Positions 46,503 through 56,061 of a stretch of DNA of 64,000 nt are shown here, one piece after another. The position numbers and the translations under genes are program-made. Position 1 is the first letter of the stretch. Every line of letters begins with the position of its first letter. Below the pieces are notes generated by a model that was not told the origin of the DNA, ran no database searches, and saw nothing but the letters and a program-made list of their open reading frames with translations. This stretch comes from a virus (lineage: Duplodnaviria > Caudoviricetes). The stretch lies in IMG/VR virus record IMGVR_UViG_3300025671_008697; one strand, 5' to 3'.

Positions 46503-47006
46503 ATGAGACTATTAACATTAGACAATACCAGTTACGAATTAAATGATATACCAGAAGAAGTAGATGACATACGTTTTTGCGTATTAGATAATTCAGATCC
46601 CAAAGACCCTGACTACTTTTTTATTCCTTTAATCTTTTTAGAAAGTTTTAACAGCCCTGCTCTCGTCTTAAAGATAGGCAACGCTACTATAAAAATGCCA
46701 ATTGATTGGCAACTGCTAATAGGCGAAAAGGACTTGGGCGACTTAGAAGTAGTTCCTCTTACTAGCATCAACGACAGAGGATTTAGTGCGTTTGCTTTTA
46801 ATCCATTAACAAGTTTTAGGCCAGACTTCTTTCCTGTAGAAGTTGTTGACATCTATCAGGACGTTAAGTGGTACTTTCCTAAACTAAAACCAGGACAGAT
46901 GTTGGCCGTTCCTTTAGAAACAGGCGTAGAAAAACCTATGTGTGTTTATTTTGTTAAAGACATCAGTAGGCAAAGTGAGGTTGTTAACTATACAAAAGTA
47001 TGGTAG
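46503..47006 (+). CDS. Conserved beta-rich hypothetical protein
   Basis: 167 aa; TTGACA-16-TATACT at 46452. Confidence 0.75.
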   Translation: MRLLTLDNTSYELNDIPEEVDDIRFCVLDNSDPKDPDYFFIPLIFLESFNSPALVLKIGNATIKMPIDWQLLIGEKDLGDLEVVPLTSINDRGFSAFAFNPLTSFRPDFFPVEVVDIYQDVKWYFPKLKPGQMLAVPLETGVEKPMCVYFVKDISRQSEVVNYTKVW

Positions 47007-47007
47007 T

Positions 47008-47271
47008 ATGAGCGACTTAACTGAAAGACCGTACATTTACGAATCGCCGGATGGCGGTAAAACCATATACAGGCGATATGCAGGCGAAACTGCGAGGGAG
47101 TTAATTGGTTACAAATACGAACCAACTGACCAAGAACAGTTAGAAGTTTACCGAGAAATGATGGTTTTGGCTCGGACACATCCAGGCTTGGCAGAAGAAT
47201 TAGAACGTGTTAAAATGTATTACTATCTGTTAAAGCAACAAAACAATGAAGTTTTTTGGCATCCAGTATAA
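47008..47271 (+). CDS. Hypothetical protein (start re-assigned to 47008)
   Basis: 'YIYESPDGGKTIYRR' motif. Confidence 0.7.
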   Translation: MSDLTERPYIYESPDGGKTIYRRYAGETARELIGYKYEPTDQEQLEVYREMMVLARTHPGLAEELERVKMYYYLLKQQNNEVFWHPV

Positions 47272-47735
47272 TGGACAAACTATCGATTAACAATGAAATG
47301 GCTCAGTTCGACACAAAGAACAGACAGTTCTATGACGAACTTACACCAGAAGAACAAAAGAAGTTTAGCACTTACTTGATGCTACGTTATGGTGCCAGCG
47401 TAGAGGGTAGTGCTGACTTTCAAGAATGGTACTTACGTGTAACTAACGAAAGGTTGAATGTAAACTTTTTTGATTTAAATAAACATCCTAAACTGCAATG
47501 GTTATTGGCTACCACAGTTAGTCCGGGTATGGGTCGGCAACGACATTATTGGCAGGCTGCAAAAAAGAAAGAAGGATCAAACAGTAAAGCAGTAAAGTTT
47601 TTGCAAAAGATATATCCAGAACGTAAGCAAGATGAAATAGAACTACTAGCCGCAATCAATGATACTAAGTCTTTAAAACTGTTGGCACAAGAGTCTGGCA
47701 TGACAGACCAGGACATTAAACGGGAATTAGGGTGA
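47271..47735 (+). CDS. Possible clamp-loader small subunit (gp62-like)
   Basis: 'FSTYLMLRY', 'HPKLQW.L..TVSPG.G...W' loosely match the gp62 pattern. Confidence 0.45.
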   Translation: MDKLSINNEMAQFDTKNRQFYDELTPEEQKKFSTYLMLRYGASVEGSADFQEWYLRVTNERLNVNFFDLNKHPKLQWLLATTVSPGMGRQRHYWQAAKKKEGSNSKAVKFLQKIYPERKQDEIELLAAINDTKSLKLLAQESGMTDQDIKRELG

Positions 47736-48415
47736 CGTATACCTGTAGGTATTGCAACAAAAGTTACAGTAAAGAAAGCACATTGGCTGCACATCTTTGC
47801 GAGCCCAAGCGCAGGTATCAACAACAGAATGAACAGGGAGTACAGATAGGATTTAAAGCCTATTTGAGATTTTATGAACTTACACAGGGTAGTGCAAAAC
47901 TAAAAACATATGAAGATTTTGTTGGCAGTCCTTATTATATGGCTTTTGTTAAATTCGGCAGACATCTTGTGGCAATACGTTGCATTAATACTGCCAGCTT
48001 TATTGATTGGTTATTAAAAAACAATAAAAAGATTGATCACTGGACCAAAGAGTCCATGTACACAGAGTGGATGTTAGAATACATTCGTAAAGAAAATGTT
48101 AAAGACGCATTAGAACGTGCTTTACGTGAAATGCAGTTACTAGCAGACACAGATGAAAAATTGAAGGGAAATTTTAATGACTACTTTAGATTGGCTAGCA
48201 GTAATCGTGTGGTTAAGCAAATTTGTGATTGTCGTGTCACTGCTTGGATTGTGTTTAATTGCGATAGCGGAATACATTTCCTCGAAACGCTCAACGAAGA
48301 ACAAGTCGGAATGATCTTGCCTTACATTGATCCAGACTTTTGGCAACGTCGTTTCACAGACTATGTTGCAGACACAGAGTGGGTCAAAGATATACTAGCA
48401 AAGGCAGGCCTGTGA
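47732..48415 (+). CDS. C2H2 Zn-finger-led hypothetical protein in the replication operon
   Basis: 'YTCRYCNKSY..E.TL..H.C'. Confidence 0.7.
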   Translation: MTYTCRYCNKSYSKESTLAAHLCEPKRRYQQQNEQGVQIGFKAYLRFYELTQGSAKLKTYEDFVGSPYYMAFVKFGRHLVAIRCINTASFIDWLLKNNKKIDHWTKESMYTEWMLEYIRKENVKDALERALREMQLLADTDEKLKGNFNDYFRLASSNRVVKQICDCRVTAWIVFNCDSGIHFLETLNEEQVGMILPYIDPDFWQRRFTDYVADTEWVKDILAKAGL

Positions 48416-49293
48416 TGCTAATGCCGTACTTGATATTGGAAATAGATTTTGTAGGCGGAACCCATGGTAATTTCTTAGAGTTTATTCTTAACCTGTGTTT
48501 AACGAATAAAAAATTGGGGATGCCTTTTACTCAAATAGGAACCAGTCATAAAAAAAGTTATGTGGAAAAAGCGCAGTCAGTTCACAGCGACCATTATATG
48601 ACAGAAAAAATTCCGTTTAAAGGAAATAATATTATTGTTATAGAGATTGATAAAAAAGTTAACTTACTTAATTTACAATCTATAATATTATACCGTGCTG
48701 GCGATAGAAAAATAGAAACTCACGATTTACACATCAAAACTTTTCATAAATTAAACATTAAAATGTATAAATCTCTACTTCAAAATTTATGTAAAAGTTA
48801 TAATGTAAATTTGTCCGAATTGGAACCTAACTGTCCTAGACATATTCTAAGAGAGTTTTTTAAACACGCATATAGAGATAACAGTTTATTTGGTCCGACA
48901 GACGGACAAGAAGAGTTCATTAATTCTTTAATCAAAGAAGGAAAAAAATTATATAGATTTCCAGTTTCATCGTTTTATAATTACGAAAATTTTGACAGGG
49001 AAATTAAAAACATCCAACAATTTTATAATTTTAATTTTTTAAATTATGAATATAAAGAAGAGCACCGAGAATTTTTGCATTATTTAGAATATTTCTTAAG
49101 TTTAAATATCCTACCGGATAAAATAATAAATGCAGTTGAACATGAGTTAGATCTAGAATTTGATAATTTGACTATTTTACAAGAAAGTTATATTAACGGA
49201 AATCTAGAACGTATTTTTAATAAAGAAATGCCATTTTTACAAGAAAAATATTTTATCAACACAAGACAAATTATCGATTACTTGAAAACATGA
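48415..49293 (+). CDS. AT-rich accessory protein, sulfotransferase-like N-terminus suspected
   Basis: 'IDFVGGTHGNFL'; coupled at both ends to core genes. Confidence 0.5.
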   Translation: MLMPYLILEIDFVGGTHGNFLEFILNLCLTNKKLGMPFTQIGTSHKKSYVEKAQSVHSDHYMTEKIPFKGNNIIVIEIDKKVNLLNLQSIILYRAGDRKIETHDLHIKTFHKLNIKMYKSLLQNLCKSYNVNLSELEPNCPRHILREFFKHAYRDNSLFGPTDGQEEFINSLIKEGKKLYRFPVSSFYNYENFDREIKNIQQFYNFNFLNYEYKEEHREFLHYLEYFLSLNILPDKIINAVEHELDLEFDNLTILQESYINGNLERIFNKEMPFLQEKYFINTRQIIDYLKT

Positions 49294-49871
49294 AATTTCG
49301 TTCAGACATTGACATTGACTTTGCAGACAGAACAAAGATCTTGGACATATTGCCACATACTAGTGCCAGTATAATTAAGGATGGTTCCATCTCAAAACAC
49401 AACACAGGTGTGTACTTTACAGAAATACCGCAAGATCCATTTACAGGATATGCCAGCATAGACTATGAACGAGCAGAAGATTTGGGATATTTAAAGTTAG
49501 ATTTTCTTAATGTAAACCTGTACAGTCAAGTCAAAAGCGAACAACATCTATTAGAGTTGATAGAGCAAGAACCTGAGTGGGACAAACTGTATGATAGAGC
49601 ATTCTGTGAGCAGTTAATTCACATAGGTAATCATTACGATACACTGATCAAGATGCCTGAAGCAGTTAACAGTATTCCTAGAATGGCCATGTTTATCAGT
49701 GTAATCAGACCTGCCAAACGCCACTTAATAGGACAGGCCTGGGGTGAAGTTAGGAAAACTGTGTGGCAACGTCCCGAAGACGACAGTTATTATTTTAAGC
49801 AGAGTCACGCAGTTGCTTATGCTACACTGGTAGCAGTCAACATGAATTTGCTAGGGAATTCTGCGGACTAG
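49290..49871 (+). CDS. Miniature DNA polymerase III alpha (DnaE)-like catalytic core
   Basis: 'SDIDIDF', 'KHNTGVY', 'GYLKLDFL', 'YFKQSHAVAYA' in DnaE order within 193 aa. Confidence 0.85.
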   Translation: MKFRSDIDIDFADRTKILDILPHTSASIIKDGSISKHNTGVYFTEIPQDPFTGYASIDYERAEDLGYLKLDFLNVNLYSQVKSEQHLLELIEQEPEWDKLYDRAFCEQLIHIGNHYDTLIKMPEAVNSIPRMAMFISVIRPAKRHLIGQAWGEVRKTVWQRPEDDSYYFKQSHAVAYATLVAVNMNLLGNSAD

Positions 49872-50225
49872 GGTAATACTACGGCGCTTACTGCGCTTTT
49901 GTGCATTTTCTTTTAGGCTGATTGTGGGCCCATACTTGATATCTACATCCTTGCTGATAAAAGTCTTTAAGCAGACCCTAAAAGGAGCCCAGTCTTGTTT
50001 AATGAAAAGATTTATAGGAACCATCCTATTACTTTCCCACCACCAAGTATCTGCTAGTTCCAAATAAACCTGCTTTTCTTCTTGGGTTCTTAGGATACCA
50101 TAGTCGTAGATAGTAGTAATACTGTCGTCACAATTCTGAATTATGCCTATGTATTCATTGCCGCCGTAGGTCAAAAGACTTAAAAAAGGATACTCTTCTA
50201 GTAGTTTTTGGTAGTATTCTTCCAC
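49851..50225 (-). CDS. Conserved hypothetical protein
   Basis: 124 aa; 'WWWESNR..PI..F', basic C-terminus. Confidence 0.75.
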   Translation of the reverse strand: MEEYYQKLLEEYPFLSLLTYGGNEYIGIIQNCDDSITTIYDYGILRTQEEKQVYLELADTWWWESNRMVPINLFIKQDWAPFRVCLKTFISKDVDIKYGPTISLKENAQKRSKRRSITLVRRIP

Positions 50226-50288
50226 AGTGATATTTATAGTTCGAAAATAAGTCAGAACTTACTTATGGCGAATCCGCTAAATACACTA

Positions 50289-50810
50289 ATGCAGCAAATC
50301 TACAGTTATCTTTATGACAATACTATCAACGTCCAGTATGACATAGACCCTACTGTTGAGCAAAGGAATCGTGTAGTGTATACCAGAACTATTAATTTGT
50401 ATAAAAATATAGACAACATTGTCAAACTCAAGGTATTGAATTCGGACCAAAAGCCTGTGAATATTACAGGCTATACATTGACCTTTAACATGGTGGATGA
50501 TTATGTGTATGCTAATGCCAACGTAGTTCTACAAAGTAATGTTACTATCAGTAATGCTAATTTGGGATTATGTACAGTTACAATAAGTAGCAACGATTTG
50601 GTGCAATTAGATAGAGAAAAATACACTTTCAATGTATTGGTAGATAATGGTAGTGCAAACATTGCTGCTTATGTAGATGATAATTGGGGCGCATCGGGAC
50701 AAATATTTTTAAGTAATTCAGCCTATCCTATTAATCCTCCAGTAAACTTAGACCTTGGACAAGTTGGTGATGGAGTTACCAGTGCTACATTTAATTTTGG
50801 GAACATATAA
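50289..50810 (+). CDS. Baseplate/tail-fibre-associated Ig-like protein (start re-assigned to 50289)
   Basis: TAAATA at 50278 precedes this ATG; 'VLNSDQKPVNITGY.L.F' BppU-N-like. Confidence 0.55.
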   Translation: MQQIYSYLYDNTINVQYDIDPTVEQRNRVVYTRTINLYKNIDNIVKLKVLNSDQKPVNITGYTLTFNMVDDYVYANANVVLQSNVTISNANLGLCTVTISSNDLVQLDREKYTFNVLVDNGSANIAAYVDDNWGASGQIFLSNSAYPINPPVNLDLGQVGDGVTSATFNFGNI

Positions 50811-51934
50811 TGAGTAAAGTTGTACAATGGAAACGTGGTAACGTTACAGTAAATGACAGTTATACTGGCGCTGCTGGCGAAATTACCATCGACACAGATA
50901 ATTGGAATCTGCGTGTTCATGATGGAAGCACTGCAGGAGGCTATACGATCGACAGTACCAGCGGCGGAAGCAGTTTCAGCAATTTAAGTGTATCGGGGTT
51001 TGGAAATATTGGTAACGTTGTTATAACAAACAATCAAGTTTATGCTAATACTGGAAATATTAAACTACAGTCCAGTAACACTAGTGTAGACGGAATATTC
51101 ATTCGCGGCGATAACGGCAGAATCGGTTTTAATACTGAACCTTGGGAAGATGGCGTTGGTTATGATGTTACTTTTGGTAATAGTTCTTTGTATTCAAGAG
51201 AATATTGGGCATCAGCCAACTATACAAATGGTTACCAATTCTTAACTCCAGAAGGAAGGACTGGATTTAGTCATGCCTATGATACATCACAAGGCAACGT
51301 TAGTTTAATTCAACTTAGACATGATAGTACAGTAGTAGCTAAATTTCAAGACAACAATACTTCACAATTGACAGGGAACCTTGTTGTCACATCCGATGGT
51401 TCAACATTTGGTTCATTCCCTAATGCTTTTGTGCAAATGTATGGTAATGTCGACAGTTATCAACAACTGGTAGAACAAAACCTAAGTGACGGCACTAGTG
51501 CCAGCACAGATATTGTAGCAACTGCTGACAACGGTGACGACAATATGCATTTCATCGACATGGGTATTGATGGTAGTAATTACAGTGATCCTGCATTCTT
51601 TGGTGACGTTGCAACTAAAAACGATGGTTACTTATATGTGGTAGGCAATGATGTCACAGGTCCAAGCCTAGGCAACGTAGGTAACCTAATCTTAGGCAGT
51701 ACCAATGGTTTGGTAAAAACTTTTGTAGGTAATATTGCACAGGCAAACGTTGTTACAACTGCTAGTGAGTCAGGATTTACAGTAAACAAAGGTGCGTTTG
51801 TGGTTGCAGCCAATAGTGCTCCTGCTGCTAACAACAGTACAGGAGTTGCCGGTACTATTGCATGGGATGGTGACTATGTTTATGTTTGCGTGGCCACAGA
51901 CACTTGGAAGCGAGCCAACCTTAGCACCTGGTAA
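50810..51934 (+). CDS. Tail fibre/spike protein with Mtd-N-like attachment motif
   Basis: 'VQWKRG......YTGAAGEITIDTD...LRVHDG.TAGG'; C-terminal 'G..G.IAWD..YVYVCVATDTWKR'. Confidence 0.75.
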   Translation: MSKVVQWKRGNVTVNDSYTGAAGEITIDTDNWNLRVHDGSTAGGYTIDSTSGGSSFSNLSVSGFGNIGNVVITNNQVYANTGNIKLQSSNTSVDGIFIRGDNGRIGFNTEPWEDGVGYDVTFGNSSLYSREYWASANYTNGYQFLTPEGRTGFSHAYDTSQGNVSLIQLRHDSTVVAKFQDNNTSQLTGNLVVTSDGSTFGSFPNAFVQMYGNVDSYQQLVEQNLSDGTSASTDIVATADNGDDNMHFIDMGIDGSNYSDPAFFGDVATKNDGYLYVVGNDVTGPSLGNVGNLILGSTNGLVKTFVGNIAQANVVTTASESGFTVNKGAFVVAANSAPAANNSTGVAGTIAWDGDYVYVCVATDTWKRANLSTW

Positions 51935-51954
51935 ATACTAAAACGGATAGCAAA

Positions 51955-52248
51955 ATGAAGATAGCAGAAATACTTAGAGCAGTTGCTGACATTATCGACT
52001 TAGCACAACAAGATACAGTGCCACAAGAGCCTGTGGTTGCCGTTGTAGACAACAGCCAAGAAAATCAAGAGATTGATCAGTTAGCCAAGTTGGCAGGTAT
52101 CACACAGGCCAGCACCACACCAGACGAACAAGTATTTCCTGTAGTAGCCAGTTTTCCTGCAGGCACAGACATGCACCGCAGTAAAAATCCCGCAGACATG
52201 CGTAGCGACAGTGTAAGTTTATATCCAGGTTATGGAGCATGTGACTAA
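51955..52248 (+). CDS. Late hypothetical protein
   Basis: TAAATA at 51932. Confidence 0.7.
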   Translation: MKIAEILRAVADIIDLAQQDTVPQEPVVAVVDNSQENQEIDQLAKLAGITQASTTPDEQVFPVVASFPAGTDMHRSKNPADMRSDSVSLYPGYGACD

Positions 52249-53438
52249 TGGCAGCAATTGATGTAGTCTACAAAGGTCTTACAGGCTTATACAGTACACT
52301 AAGTTTAGACACTGCTAATACACTAGCAGAAGTACGCACGGCTGCTATTTCAGACGAAACACTGGACAGCAGTTACTACGGTAACTTAATACTGTTGGCC
52401 AATAACTCAGTCGACAGTGGACTATTGGGTTCCAGCACACTAGCAGACGTTGGATACACTGCTAACTCTGTATTTTTCTTTCACACCATACAAACAGGTA
52501 ATCTGCAACTACGTCAAGAACGTAGGTTAGACATACAACAACTAAAACGTCGTGGAGGCACCGCAGCAAATGTAAACATTCCTGCTTACAGAAACAGAAA
52601 TACCTATGACGTTGACACACTGCCTGCCAAGTATGTGGGCAACGTCAGCACACCAAATGTTCATCCAGACGGCCTATTGGAAGGACGTCCATGGGCCACA
52701 GTTAGTTTAATCAGCAATCCAACATCAATTAGTGAAGGTATTGACAGTGACACACTGTTGACATTTGAAGTTTGGTATGATGCAGCAGATACCAGTACGC
52801 TTATCCCCAGTGCCACAGACGAAGGACAAATCACACAATGGACTGATAAGTCTGGCCAAGAACATAATGCCAATCCAGATGGCGGCAGTGCTAAACCAAC
52901 TTACGAAAACACAGAAACACTTAACGGTTATGGTTATATAGAATTTGATGGTACAGACAGTCTGACAGTTAACCCATTTACAACACTGGCCAGCAAAGCA
53001 GGATATACTGTGTTTATATTAGCCAAACAGAGCACAACTTCGGGTACACAAACATTAACAGTTACTGATGAAAGCGATTTGCTGATCAAAGGTGGTACTG
53101 GCAACTTTATTGTAGGTATGAATGGTGCTACAGGCGACAGTGGAGTTGCTGCAAACACAAGTTGGATTATTCACAGTTTGGTCTACGATGGTACAGGATC
53201 TACCAACAGTGATAAATTACTGTACCGTATCAACAAGGCCAACACCAGTCTATCATTTACAGGCACCATTGCTGGTAATACCAGTGCCAGCAACAAGGAA
53301 TTGTTTATTGGAAACGATGAAGGCGGCACCAACGGATTGGCAGGTAATGTAGCAGAAGTAATTATGTTTAGTAAAACACTGAACAACATTGAGTACAGGA
53401 ACGTAGAAAACTATCTATCAACCAAGTGGGGATTGTAA
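52248..53438 (+). CDS. Virion protein with LamG/ConA-like C-terminal domain and possible beta-grasp N-terminus
   Basis: 'WYDAAD', 'QW.DKSG', 'IEFDG', 'LFIG', 'G.VAEVIMF...L.......E.YL..KWG'. Confidence 0.7.
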   Translation: MAAIDVVYKGLTGLYSTLSLDTANTLAEVRTAAISDETLDSSYYGNLILLANNSVDSGLLGSSTLADVGYTANSVFFFHTIQTGNLQLRQERRLDIQQLKRRGGTAANVNIPAYRNRNTYDVDTLPAKYVGNVSTPNVHPDGLLEGRPWATVSLISNPTSISEGIDSDTLLTFEVWYDAADTSTLIPSATDEGQITQWTDKSGQEHNANPDGGSAKPTYENTETLNGYGYIEFDGTDSLTVNPFTTLASKAGYTVFILAKQSTTSGTQTLTVTDESDLLIKGGTGNFIVGMNGATGDSGVAANTSWIIHSLVYDGTGSTNSDKLLYRINKANTSLSFTGTIAGNTSASNKELFIGNDEGGTNGLAGNVAEVIMFSKTLNNIEYRNVENYLSTKWGL

Positions 53439-53441
53439 ACC

Positions 53442-55007
53442 ATGGCAACTAGTGCAAATACTACACCCTACATACACCCTTTCCCCAACTATCAACTAAA
53501 TGACCTGCATCAAAGCATGGAATACAATGCTGCTGGTCAGCCTATTATACGCACCGGAGTGGGCAGTATAAATGCACTCAGTGCGTGGGGAGAAAATTTA
53601 ACTGTAGCTCTACAACCAATTTTGCAATTGGATGCACTATACGGCTTGGACGCAGATAGATTTCAAACCTACGCCGCCGGCGGCGGAACTGCGGTGTCTA
53701 ACAGTGATGAGATGTTTGAATGCACTTCAAGTGCCACACTCTACAGTTATGGTGTGCTACGTTCAAGGCGTTTTTTAAGATATAGAGCAGGACAGGCCAA
53801 TATGGCACGTTTTACTGCCATGTTCAGCGGCACAGCAGGCACCAGTCTTAGAGCAGGACTGTTTAATCAAGAAAGTGCACTGCAGGTCGGTGTTAACAAT
53901 GGACAGTTCGGTGTGTTACACTTCTATGGTGCCAGAGCAGAAATCAGACAACTCACTATTGCAACAGCAAGCTCGGGTGGTACAGCCACTGTGACCGTAA
54001 ACAGTGTGGCCTATAACGTCACATTGGTCAATGGTGAAACCGCAATTCAAACAGCAGCACGTATTGCTAGAGAATTAGACGGTGTGGCCACTGGCTGGAT
54101 CGTAGAATCCAAAAGTGCTAAGGTAGTGTTTTTAAGTGAGGCTACCGGTCCTTTAGCCGGCACTTACAGTTATTCTTCCACAGGCACAAGCACAGGCACG
54201 TTCAGTCAACTAGAAGCCGGAGTTGTGGGCACAGAAAACTGGATTTATCAAAGTGATTTTAGCCTAGATAGTTTGGACGGCACCGGGCCCAGTGGTATGA
54301 CCATTGATACAACAAAACTCAATGTGTTCCAAATTGATTTTAGATGGCTTGGCGCAGGCAGAATAAGATTCAGCATTGAAAACAGTCTGACCGGTGGCAT
54401 AATGCCATTTCATGAAATCAGTTGGAGCAATGAAAACACTTTACCCTGGAGTCATAATCCCAATTATAAAATAGGCTATGTGGCCTACAACATTGGCGGC
54501 TCAGAATCGGCTTGGGTGCGTGGTGCTTCCATGGGCTGTTTCAACGAAGGCTTTACTACCAAAAACGACTATACCAGAAGTTTCAGTAACTCAAAAAGCA
54601 GTTTATCCAGCGGCACTATACATCAACTGTTTTCAATTCGCAACCCAATCACTGACAATGAAATCATTAACACCAGAGAAATCATTATACAGGATGTTTC
54701 GGTTGCACACCAAGGCAACGACCCTATAGAAATATTGTTATTTCTAAATGCCAATTTGGCCACAGGCACACAGACTTACATAGAACTGCCGGAAGCCATT
54801 CCCACAGTCAGTACCACAACAGGCACATTTACCACCACCAACAACACACCAGTAGCCAGTTTTGTTGCTGGCATTAATGGATATCAACAATACAATTTGG
54901 AACCATATAGAATCACTGTGGCTGCTGGAGATTTTGTGTCGGTGGCAGTGCGATCTGCACAGTCAATTAGTCAAATTGCTGGTGCCATAGTTTGGATAGC
55001 AGACTAA
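53442..55007 (+). CDS. Putative tail fibre/receptor-binding-associated protein
   Basis: 521 aa beta-rich; 'RYRAGQ', 'IDFRWLGAGRIRF'. Confidence 0.5.
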   Translation: MATSANTTPYIHPFPNYQLNDLHQSMEYNAAGQPIIRTGVGSINALSAWGENLTVALQPILQLDALYGLDADRFQTYAAGGGTAVSNSDEMFECTSSATLYSYGVLRSRRFLRYRAGQANMARFTAMFSGTAGTSLRAGLFNQESALQVGVNNGQFGVLHFYGARAEIRQLTIATASSGGTATVTVNSVAYNVTLVNGETAIQTAARIARELDGVATGWIVESKSAKVVFLSEATGPLAGTYSYSSTGTSTGTFSQLEAGVVGTENWIYQSDFSLDSLDGTGPSGMTIDTTKLNVFQIDFRWLGAGRIRFSIENSLTGGIMPFHEISWSNENTLPWSHNPNYKIGYVAYNIGGSESAWVRGASMGCFNEGFTTKNDYTRSFSNSKSSLSSGTIHQLFSIRNPITDNEIINTREIIIQDVSVAHQGNDPIEILLFLNANLATGTQTYIELPEAIPTVSTTTGTFTTTNNTPVASFVAGINGYQQYNLEPYRITVAAGDFVSVAVRSAQSISQIAGAIVWIAD

Positions 55008-55036
55008 TTGACTATTCACGGTTTTTGCTGTATAAT
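55008..55036 (+). promoter_or_regulatory. sigma70 promoter for primase/helicase
   Basis: TTGACT-17-TG-TATAAT. Confidence 0.8.
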
Positions 55037-55044
55037 TACAATTA

Positions 55045-56061
55045 ATGTTTAATACTGTACAAGACGCAGTCCTCGGTTTACTACCTCCGAAACGACGTCG
55101 TAGCCAAAGTGGTTGGTTAAGTTTCAACGCGGTCTGTTGCAGTCACAGAGGTGAATCAGCAGACACACGTCAACGTGGTGGTGTAATGACACAGCCCGAT
55201 GGTGCAGTCAGTTATCACTGCTTTAACTGTCAGTTCAAAACTGGCTACAAGCCAGGAGCGCCTTTGGGATTCAAATTCCGACGTTGGCTCAAATGGTTGG
55301 GCGCTGATGATGCAGAAGTAAACCGTTTGGTCATTGAAGCACTGAGAGTCAAAGACTTGGTGCAGCCAGAGAGCCAAGAGCCCGAACCCATAGACATAGA
55401 ATTTGAAGCCAGACAGTTGCCCAGTGAAGCCAAAAGTTTTATGGCCCTAGCAGACTTTTATGAACTCAATGAGTGGCGTGATGTGCCCACAGCCTACAAA
55501 GACAGTGTGGCCTATGTACACAGTAGAAACATAGACATGCAACGCTATGAGTTTTACTGGACTCCGGCAGTAGAACACAAACTCGGCCATAGAGTCATAG
55601 TGCCGTTTTACTATAAAAGAAAAATTGTGGGCTGGACTGCTAGAGCACTTAACAGCGGTATAAAACCCAAGTACCACAGTGACCATCCCAGCAACTTTGT
55701 GTTTAACTTGGACCAACAACTGTACGACAACAAGTTTGTCATAGTCTGTGAAGGCGTGTTTGATGCACTAGCCATAGATGGTGTGGCAGTGTTGGGCGCA
55801 GACATCACAGAGACACAGGCAGAACTGATTGAAAGTTTAGGTAGAGACATAATCGTTGTACCAGACTGGGACTCTGCAGGCAGCAAACTCATAGACAGAG
55901 CTGTAGAGTATGGATGGGCGGTAAGTTTTCCCTTATGGAGAGAACAGGCCAAAGACATCAGTGAAGCAGTTGCCAAGTATGGAAAACTGTATGTGTTAAA
56001 AGACATATTAAATAACAAACAGACAAACAATCTTAAAATAAAAATAATGAGTCGTCAATGA
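55045..56061 (+). CDS. gp61: DNA primase (T4 gp61-like)
   Basis: Zn ribbon 'CCSH...HCFNC', 'RVIVPF', TOPRIM 'CEGVFDA', 'PDWD.AG', 'KDISEA'. Confidence 0.9.
   Translation: MFNTVQDAVLGLLPPKRRRSQSGWLSFNAVCCSHRGESADTRQRGGVMTQPDGAVSYHCFNCQFKTGYKPGAPLGFKFRRWLKWLGADDAEVNRLVIEALRVKDLVQPESQEPEPIDIEFEARQLPSEAKSFMALADFYELNEWRDVPTAYKDSVAYVHSRNIDMQRYEFYWTPAVEHKLGHRVIVPFYYKRKIVGWTARALNSGIKPKYHSDHPSNFVFNLDQQLYDNKFVIVCEGVFDALAIDGVAVLGADITETQAELIESLGRDIIVVPDWDSAGSKLIDRAVEYGWAVSFPLWREQAKDISEAVAKYGKLYVLKDILNNKQTNNLKIKIMSRQ

Noticed and set aside
46503-47006. Stand-alone Hint/intein-like domain
   Set aside because: Only a vague beta-rich impression. It lacks an N-terminal Cys/Ser and a C-terminal His-Asn, so it cannot be supported without structure prediction.
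50810-51934. Diversity-generating retroelement suggested by the Mtd-like N-terminus
   Set aside because: No reverse transcriptase and no template/variable repeat pair is seen in the window.
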